64,000 nucleotides of DNA, taken from Nemertoderma westbladi. Its lineage: Eukaryota > Animalia > Xenacoelomorpha. Below, one piece after another: positions 56,001 through 64,000 of the stretch. Position numbers and translations under genes: made by a program. The stretch covers positions 124,001 through 188,000 of the forward strand of contig JAUCBJ010009092.1 of the NCBI GenBank assembly GCA_032718475.1, read 5' to 3'. The notes beneath the pieces are model-generated. The model was not told where the DNA came from. It saw only the letters and a program-made list of their open reading frames with translations, and did not search any database. The first letter of the stretch is position 1, and each line of letters starts with the position of its first letter.

Positions 56001-58063
56001 CCCACACCCTCCACAGATCCTCCTGTACTTCCCACTCCGTTTCCAACACACTCCACAGATCATCCTGCACTTCCCACTCCGTCTCCCACACCCTCCACAG
56101 ACCCTCCTGTACTTCCCACTTCGTCTCCCACACCCTCCACAGATCCTCCTGTACTTCCCACTCCGTATCCCACACCCTCCACAGATCATCCTGTACTTCC
56201 CACTCCGTCTCCCACACCCTCCACAGACCCTCCTGTACTTCCCACTCCGTCTCCCACACCCTCCACAGACCCTCCTGTACTTCCCACTCCGTCTCCCACA
56301 CCCTCCACAGATCATCCTGTACTTCCCACTCCGCCTCCCACACCCTCCACAGACCCTCCTGTACTTCCCACTCGGTCTCCCACACCCTCCACAGATCATC
56401 CTGTACTTCCCACTCCGTCTCCCACACCCCCCACAGACACTCCTGTACTTCCCACTCCGTCTCCCACACCCTCCACAGACCCTCCTGTACTTCCCACTCC
56501 GTCTCCCACACCCTCCACAGATCATCCTGTACTTCCCACTCCGTCTCCCACACCCTCCACAGACCCTCCTGTACTTCCCACTCCGTCTCCCACACCCTCC
56601 ACAGACCCTCCTGTACTTCCCACTCTGTCTCCCACACCCTCCATAGATCCTCCTGTACTTCCCACTCCGTCTCCCACACCCTCCACAGATCCTCCTGTAC
56701 TTCCCACTCCGTCTCCCACACCCTCCACAGATCATCCTGTACTTCCCACTCCGTCTCCCACACCCTCCACAGATCATCCTGTACTTCCCACTCCGTCTCC
56801 CACACCCTCCACAGACCTTCCTGTTCTTCCCACTCCGTCTCCCACACCCTCCACAGATCCTCCCGTACTTCCTACTCCGTCTCCCACACCCTCCACAGAC
56901 CTTCCTGTACTTCCCACTCCGTCTCCCACACCCTCCACAGATCCTCCTGTACTTACCAATCCGTCTCCCACACCCTCCACAGACCTTCCTGTACTTCCCA
57001 CTCCGTCTCCCACACCTTCCACAGATCCTCCTGTACTTCCCACTCCTTCTCCCACACCCTCCACAGATCCTCCTGTACTTCCCACTCCGTCTCCCACACC
57101 CTCAACAGATCCTCCTGTACTTCCCAATCCGTCTCCCACACTCTCCACAGACCCTCCTGTACTTCCCAATCCGTCTCTCACACCTCCACAGATCCTCGTG
57201 TACTTCCCACTCCGTCTCCCACACCCTCCACAGATCCTCCTGTACTTCCCACTCCGTTTCCAACACCCTCCACAGATCTTCCTGTACTTCCCACTCCGTC
57301 TGCCACACCCTCCACAGATCCTCCTGTACTTCCCACTCCGTCTCCCACACCCTCCACAGACCCTCCTGTACTTCCCACTCCGTCTCCCACACCCTCCACA
57401 GATCATCCTGCACTTCCCACTCCGTCTCCCACACCCTCCACAGACCCTCCTGTACTTCCCACTCCGTATCCCACAACCTCCACAGATCCTCCTGTACTTC
57501 CCACTCCGTCTCCCACACCCTCCACAGATCATCCTGTACTTCCCACTCCGTCTCCCACACCCTCCACAGACCCTCCTGTACTTCCCACTCCGTCTCCCAC
57601 ACCCTCCACAGACCCTCCTGTACTTCCCACTCCGTCTCCCACACCCTCCACAGATCATCCTGTACTTCCCACTCCGTCTCCCACACCCTCCACAGACCCT
57701 CCTGTACTTCCCACTCCGTCTCCCACACCCTCCACTGAACCTCCTGTACTTCCCACTCCGTCTCCCACACCCTCCATAGATCCTCCTGTATTTCCCACTC
57801 CGTCTCCCACACCCTCCACAGATCCTCCTGTATTTCCCACTCCGTCTCCCACACCTCCACAGATCTTCCTGTACTTCCTACTCCGTCTCCCACACCCTCC
57901 ACAGACCTTTCTGTACTTCCCACTCCGTCTCCCACACCCTCCACAGATCCTCCTGTACTTCCCAATCCGTCTCCCACACCCTCCACAGACCTTCCTGTAC
58001 TTCCCACTCCGTCTCCCACACCCTCCACAGATCCTCCTGTACTTCCCAATCCGTCTCCCACAC
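50021..58063 (+). repeat. 42-bp tandem satellite array, segment 2
   Basis: Same monomer and orientation as segment 1, resuming in register after insert A. Confidence 0.99.
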
Positions 58064-58621
58064 TTGAAATCGTTGGTACGTGAGAGACAACGAAAGTTCC
58101 TTACTAAATTCAAGGTTATTGAAGACTCCCCTCTTGCTGTCGCAATAGAAATATCGAAAGATGGTAACACATCGATGTCCGCGAAAATAGATTCTTTGAA
58201 ATCAGAACAGCGTAATGTTATAGACGAAGGTTCCCGACTCGTCAAGAAAAACGTTTCACTTTCAACGAGTACGAAACGCCACCTGTTCAAGCTAATGAAC
58301 CCGGACCTAACTTCCCCCCAGCTCTATTGTGACCCCTCAGTTCCCGAACGTCATCGCATCCCCTGGACCCGTTTTCGGCTGGGTAGCCATAACTTCCCAG
58401 TAGAACGGATGAGATGGAAGAGGGCTAAACCCGAGGACCGAGTTTGTGGATGTGGTGGGATTCAGACCGAAGCCCATATAGTTGTAGATTGTCCTATGAC
58501 AAGGACGTTAAGACGAGAATGCGCCCCCCTGTCTTGGTTATCTATGACTGAGATGTTCTGTCTGGATAACCAAGCCAAAATAGCAAAATTTATCTCAAAA
58601 TTAGATAATGTATTCGATTGA
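58064..58621 (+). pseudogene. C-terminal 185-codon fragment of LINE ORF2 (CCHC-type domain); frame intact but 5'-truncated
   Basis: The reading frame begins at the satellite junction (TTG is an internal Leu codon, not a real start) and ends at TGA 58619-58621. About 83 of 146 aligned residues match copy A by manual count, without gaps. Confidence 0.88.
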
Positions 58622-58629
58622 GTAAACAG

Positions 58630-58647
58630 CCCCCCCCCCCCCCCCCC
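58630..58647 (+). repeat. Poly-C homopolymer (C18) at the start of the LINE B 3' UTR
   Basis: 18 consecutive C starting 9 bp after the stop codon. The exact length is prone to sequencing error. Confidence 0.9.
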
Positions 58648-58914
58648 GATATATGTAATGTTTGATATACTTAGTTAGTATTATGTGTGTTTGTGTGTTT
58701 GTTGGGAATATAAATATATGTTACTCTACTATGTATTACATCATGTCCTCACACGGCTATAATGTTGTCTATATAAGCATCTGTAATATTTTTGTATGAT
58801 AATGTGCTGTCTTATTTTGAGGGTGACGGTAGATATTTTGATTTGTACGTCTCATTTTGTATCTTGTTTAGTGCATATTACCGATGTTAGTTATGTAACA
58901 GTTAATGTGAAGAC

Positions 58915-58934
58915 AATAAACAATCAACAATCAA
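58915..58934 (+). terminator. AATAAA plus (CAATCAA)2 3' tail of LINE copy B
   Basis: GACAATAAACAATCAACAATCAA lies directly before the satellite resumes. Its first 16 nt are identical to the end of copy A. Confidence 0.8.
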
Positions 58935-61900
58935 CCCTCCACAGATCCTCCTGTACTTCCCACTCCGTCTCCCACACCCTCCACTGATCCTCCTGTACTT
59001 CCCACTCCGTCTCCCATACCCTCCACAGATCCTCGTGTACTTCCCAATCCGTCTCCCACACCCTCCACAGATCCTCCTGTACTTCCCAATCCGTCTCCCA
59101 CACCTCCACAGATCCTCGTGTACTTCCCGCTCCGTCTCCCACACCCTCCACAGATCCTCCTGTACTTCCCACTCCGTCTCCCACACCCTCCACAGATCCT
59201 CCTGTACTTCCAACTCCGTTTCCAACACACTCCACAGATCCTCCTGTACTTCCCAATCCGTCTCCCACACTTCCACAGATCTTCCTGTACTTCCCACTCC
59301 GTCTCCCACACCCTCCACAGATCCTCCTGTACTTCCCAATCCGTCTCCCACACCCTCCACAGATCCTCCTGTACTTCCCAATCCGTCTCCCACACCTCCA
59401 CAGATCCTCCTGTACTTCCCACTCCGTCTCCCACACCCTCAACAGATCCTGCTGTACTTCCCAATCCGTCTCCCACACCCTCCACAGATCCTCCTGTACT
59501 TCCCAATCCGTCTCCCACACCCTCCACAGATCCTCCTGTACTTCCCACTCCGTCTCCCACACCCTCCACAGATCCTCCTGTACTTCCCAATGCGACTCCC
59601 ACACCCTCCACAGATCATCCTGTACTTCCCACTCCGTCTCCCACACCCTCCACAGATCATCCTGTACTTCCCACTCCGTCTCCCACACCCTCCACAGACC
59701 TTCCTGTACTTCCCACTCCGTCTCCCACACCCTCCACAGATCCTCCTGTACTTCCCACTCCGTCTCCCACACCCTCCACAGACCCTCCTGTACTTCTCAC
59801 TCCGTCTCCCACACCCTCCACAGATCATCCTGCACTTCCCACTCCGTCTCCCACACCCTCCACAGACCCTCCTGTACTTCCCACTCCGTCTCCCACACCC
59901 TCCACAGACCCTCCTGTACTTCCCACTCCGTCTCCCACACCCTCCACAGATCCTCCTGTACTTCCCACTCCGTATCCCACACCCTCCACAGATCATCCTG
60001 TACTTCCCACTCCGTCTCCCACACCCTCCACAGACCCTCCTGTACTTCCCACTCCGTCTCCCACACCCTCCACAGACCCTCCTGTACTTCCCACTCCGTC
60101 TCCCACACCCTCCACAGATCATCCTGTACTTCCCACTCCGCCTCCCACACCCTCCACAGACCCTCCTGTACTTCCCACTCCGTCTCCCACACCCTCCACA
60201 GATCATCCTGTACTTCCCACTCCGTCTCCCACACCCCCCACAGACCCTCCTGTACTTCCCACTCCGTCTCCCACACCCTCCACAGACCCTCCTGTACTTC
60301 CCACTCCGTCCCCCACACCCTCCACAGATCCTCCTGTACTTCCCACTCCGTCTCCCACACCCTCCACAGATCCTCATGTACTTCCCACTCCGTCTCCCAC
60401 ACCCTCCACAGATCCTCCTGTACTTCCCACTCCGTTTCCAACACCCTCCACAGATCTTCCTGTACTTCCCACTCCGTCTCCCACACACTCCACAGATCCT
60501 CCTGTACTTCCCACTCCGTCTCCCACACCCTCCACAGATCCTCCTGTACTTCCCACTCCGTCTCCCACACCTCCACAGATCTTCCTGTACTTCCTACTCC
60601 GTCTCCCACACCCTCCACAGATCCTCCTGTACTTCCCAATCCGTCTCCCACACCCTCCACAGACCTTCCTGTACTTCCCACTCCGTCTCCAACACCCTCC
60701 ACAGATCCTCCTGTACTTCCCACTCCGTCTCCCACGCCCTCCACAGACCCTCCTGTACTTCCCACTCCGTCTCCCACACCTCCACAGATCTTCCTGTACT
60801 TCCCACTCCGTCTCCCACACCCTCCACAGATCCTCCTGTACTTCCCAATCCGTCTCCCACACCCTCCACAGATCCTCCTGTACTTCCCAATCCGTCTCCC
60901 ACACCCTCCACAGATCCTCCTGTACTTCCCAATCCGTCTCCCACACCTCCACAGATCCTCCTGTACTTCCCACTCCGTCTCCCACACCCTCAACAGATCC
61001 TGCTGTACTTCCCAATCCGTCTCCCACATCCTCCACAGATCCTCCTGTACTTCCCAATCCGTCTCCCACACCCTCCACAGATCCTCCTGTACTTCCCACT
61101 CCGTCTCCCACACCCTCCACAGATCCTCCTGTATTTCCCAATGCGACTCCCACACCCTCCACAGATCCTCCTGTACTTCCCAATCCGTCTCCCACACCCT
61201 CCACAGACCTTCCTGTACTTCCCACTCCGTCTCCCACACCCACCACAGATCCTCCTGTACTTCCCACTCCGTCTCCCACACCCTCCACAGATCATCATGC
61301 ACTTCCCACTCCGTCTCCCACACCCTCCACAGACCGTCCTGTACTTCCCACTCCGTCTCCCACACCCTCCACAGATCCTCCTGTACTTCCCACTCCGTCT
61401 CTCACACCCTCCACAGATCATCCTGTACTTCCCACTCCGTCTCCCACACCCTCCACAGACCCTCCTGTACTTCCCACTCCGTCTCCCACACCCTCCACAG
61501 ATCATCCTGTACTTCCCACTCCGTCTCCCACACCCTCCACAGATCATCCTGTACTTCCCACTCCGTCTCCCACACCCTCCACAGACCCTCCTGTACTTCC
61601 CACTCCGTCTCCCACACCCTCCACAGACCCTCCTGTACTTCCCACTCCGTCTCCCACATCCTCCACAGATCCTCCCGTACTTCCCACTCCGTCTCCCACA
61701 CCCTCAACAGATCCTCCTGTACTTCCCAATCCGTCTCCCACACTCTCCACAGACCCTCCTGTACTTCCCACTCCGTCTCCCACACCCTCCACAGATCCTC
61801 CTGTACTTCCCACTCCGTCTCCCACACCCTCAACAGATCATCCTGTACTTCCCACTCCGTCTCCCACACCCTCCACAGACCCTCCTGTACTTCCCACTCC

Positions 61901-64000
61901 GTCTCCCACACCCTCCACAGACCCTCCTGTACTTCCCACTCCGTCTCCCACACCCTCCACAGATCATCCTGTACTTCCCACTCCGTCTCCCACACCCTCC
62001 ACAGACCCTCCTGTACTTCCCACTCCGTCTCCCACACCCTCCACAGACCCTCCTGTACTTCCCACTCCGCCTCCCACACCCTCCACAGATCTTCCTGTAC
62101 TTCCCACTCCGTCTCCCACACCCTCCACAGATCCTCCTGTACTTCCCACTCCGTCTCCCACACCTCCACAGATCTTCCTGTACTTCCTACTCCGTCTCCC
62201 ACACCCTCCACAGATCCTCCTGTACTTCCCAATCCGTCTCCCACACCCTCCACAGACCTTCCTGTACTTCCCACTCCGTCTCCAACACCCTCCACAGATC
62301 CTCCTGTACTTCCCACTCCGTCTCCCACGCCCTCCACAGACCCTCCTGTACTTCCCACTCCGTCTCCCACACCTCCACAGATCTTCCTGTACTTCCCACT
62401 CCGTCTCCCACACCCTCCACAGATCCTCCTGTACTTCCCAATCCGTCTCCCACACCCTCCACAGATCCTCCTGTACTTCCCAATCCGTCTCCCACACCCT
62501 CCACAGATCCTCCTGTACTTCCCAATCCGTCTCCCACACCTCCACAGATCCTCCTGTACTTCCCACTCCGTCTCCCACACCCTCAACAGATCCTGCTGTA
62601 CTTCCCAATCCGTCTCCCACATCCTCCACAGATCCTCCTGTACTTCCCAATCCGTCTCCCACACCCTCCACAGATCCTCCTGTACTTCCCACTCCGTCTC
62701 CCACACCCTCCACAGATCCTCCTGTATTTCCCAATGCGACTCCCACACCCTCCACAGATCCTCCTGTACTTCCCAATCCGTCTCCCACACCCTCCACAGA
62801 CCTTCCTGTACTTCCCACTCCGTCTCCCACACCCACCACAGATCCTCCTGTACTTCCCACTCCGTCTCCCACACCCTCCACAGATCATCATGCACTTCCC
62901 ACTCCGTCTCCCACACCCTCCACAGACCGTCCTGTACTTCCCACTCCGTCTCCCACACCCTCCACAGATCCTCCTGTACTTCCCACTCCGTCTCCCACAC
63001 CCTCCACAGATCATCCTGTACTTCCCACTCCGTCTCCCACACCCTCCACAGATCATCATGCACTTCCCACTCCGTCTCCCACACCCTCCACAGACCGTCC
63101 TGTACTTCCCACTCCGTCTCCCACACCCTCCACAGATCCTCCTGTACTTCCCACTCCGTCTCTCACACCCTCCACAGATCATCCTGTACTTCCCACTCCG
63201 TCTCCCACACCCTCCACAGACCCTCCTGTACTTCCCACTCCGTCTCCCACACCCTCCACAGATCCTCCCGTACTTCCCACTCCGTCTCCCACACCCTCAA
63301 CAGATCCTCCTGTACTTCCCAATCCGTCTCCCACACTCTCCACAGATCCTCCTGTACTTCCCAATCCGTCTCTCACACCTCCACAGATCCTCCTGTACTT
63401 CCCACTCCGTCTCCCACACCCTCCACAGACCCTCCTGTACTTCCCACTCCGTCTCCCACACCCTCCACAGATCATCCTGCACTTCCCACTCCGTCTCCCA
63501 CACCCTCCACAGACCCTCCTGTACTTCCCACTCCGTCTCCCACACCCTCCACAGATCCTCCTGTACTTCCCACTCCGTATCCCACACCCTCCACAGATCA
63601 TCCTGTACTTCCCACTCCGTCTCCCACACCCTCCACAGACCCTCCTGTACTTCCCACTCCGTCTCCCACACCCTCCACAGACCCTCCTGTACTTCCCACT
63701 CCGTCTCCCACACCCTCCACAGATCATCCTGTACTTCCCACTCCGCCTCCCACACCCTCCACAGACCCTCCTGTACTTCCCACTCCGTCTCCCACACCCT
63801 CCACAGATCATCCTGTACTTCCCACTCCGTCTCCCACACCCCCCACAGACCCTCCTGTACTTCCCACTCCGTCTCCCACACCCTCCACAGACCCTCCTGT
63901 ACTTCCCACTCCGTCCCCCACACCCTCCACAGATCCTCCTGTACTTCCCACTCCGTCTCCCACACCCTCCACAGATCCTCCTGTACTTCCCACTCCGTCT
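58935..64000 (+). repeat. 42-bp tandem satellite array, segment 3 (continues beyond the right edge of the window)
   Basis: Same monomer and orientation, richer in rare variants that are shared with the first 15 kb. Confidence 0.99.
60500..62960 (+). repeat. Higher-order duplication within the satellite, offset 1593 bp (~38 monomers); boundaries approximate
   Basis: Private variants (CTCCAACACC, CCACGCCCT, GTATTTCCCAATGCGAC, CACCCACCAC, GATCATCATGCAC) recur in the same order. ORFs 60594..60944 and 62187..62537 are identical. Confidence 0.9.

Larger units (their letters stand above)
58064..58934 (+). mobile_element. 5'-truncated non-LTR retrotransposon (LINE) 3' end, copy B (divergent relative of copy A)
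   Basis: Unique ~870-bp sequence interrupting one monomer (...CTCCCACAC | insert | CCCTCCACAG..., 1-2 bp overlap). The protein is colinear with copy A ([33 protein letters not shown]). A C18 tract, AT-rich 3' UTR, AATAAA and a (CAATCAA)2 tail follow. Confidence 0.9.

Noticed and set aside
57655-58290. Minus-strand ORFs crossing the LINE 5' junctions (also 48750..49274)
   Set aside because: They are antisense shadows of the LINE coding frame running into satellite, with no recognisable motifs.
49032-58934. The two inserts as LTRs or terminal repeats of one ~10-kb composite element, or as a segmental duplication
   Set aside because: They are only ~55% identical in protein, have different truncation points and monomer registers, and each has its own LINE-type tail. 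The DNA between them is ordinary satellite.
58064-58934. HeT-A/TART-style terminal addition to a chromosome end followed by renewed repeat synthesis
   Set aside because: The orientation would fit, but monomer register and higher-order variant order continue across the insert, and an uninterrupted equivalent exists at ~5360. This indicates internal insertion.
250-63993. Hundreds of long ORFs ([84 protein letters not shown] repeats) as genes
   Set aside because: They are the six translations of a stop-free 42-bp unit. They overlap on both strands, switch frame at every 41-bp unit, and have no unique domains or credible starts.
1-64000. CRISPR array
   Set aside because: The repeats are directly adjacent with no unique spacers, leader or cas genes.

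Overview
The window is almost entirely (~97%) one head-to-tail eukaryotic satellite array of a 42-bp monomer (consensus GTACTTCCCACTCCGTCTCCCACACCCTCCACAGATCCTCCT; 22 C vs 3 G on the + strand). It holds roughly 1,450-1,500 copies, all in one orientation, with 41-bp and 39-bp deletion variants, regional variant domains, kb-scale internal duplications and two 100-N scaffold gaps. The monomer has no stop codon in any of the six frames, so the long ORFs in the track are artefacts. The only non-satellite DNA is two ~0.9-1.0 kb inserts (49032-50020 and 58064-58934). They are 5'-truncated 3' ends of two related but divergent non-LTR retrotransposons (~55% aa identity by manual alignment), in the same orientation. 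Both have a C-terminal CCHC-type domain, a shared 3'-UTR motif, an identical GACAATAAACAATCAA end and an AATC-based microsatellite tail. The most interesting hypothesis is a LINE family that prefers this satellite and primes on its G-rich strand, inside an array with a layered, centromere-like expansion pattern. Two insertions cannot prove targeting. No intact gene, RNA gene or CRISPR array is supported.
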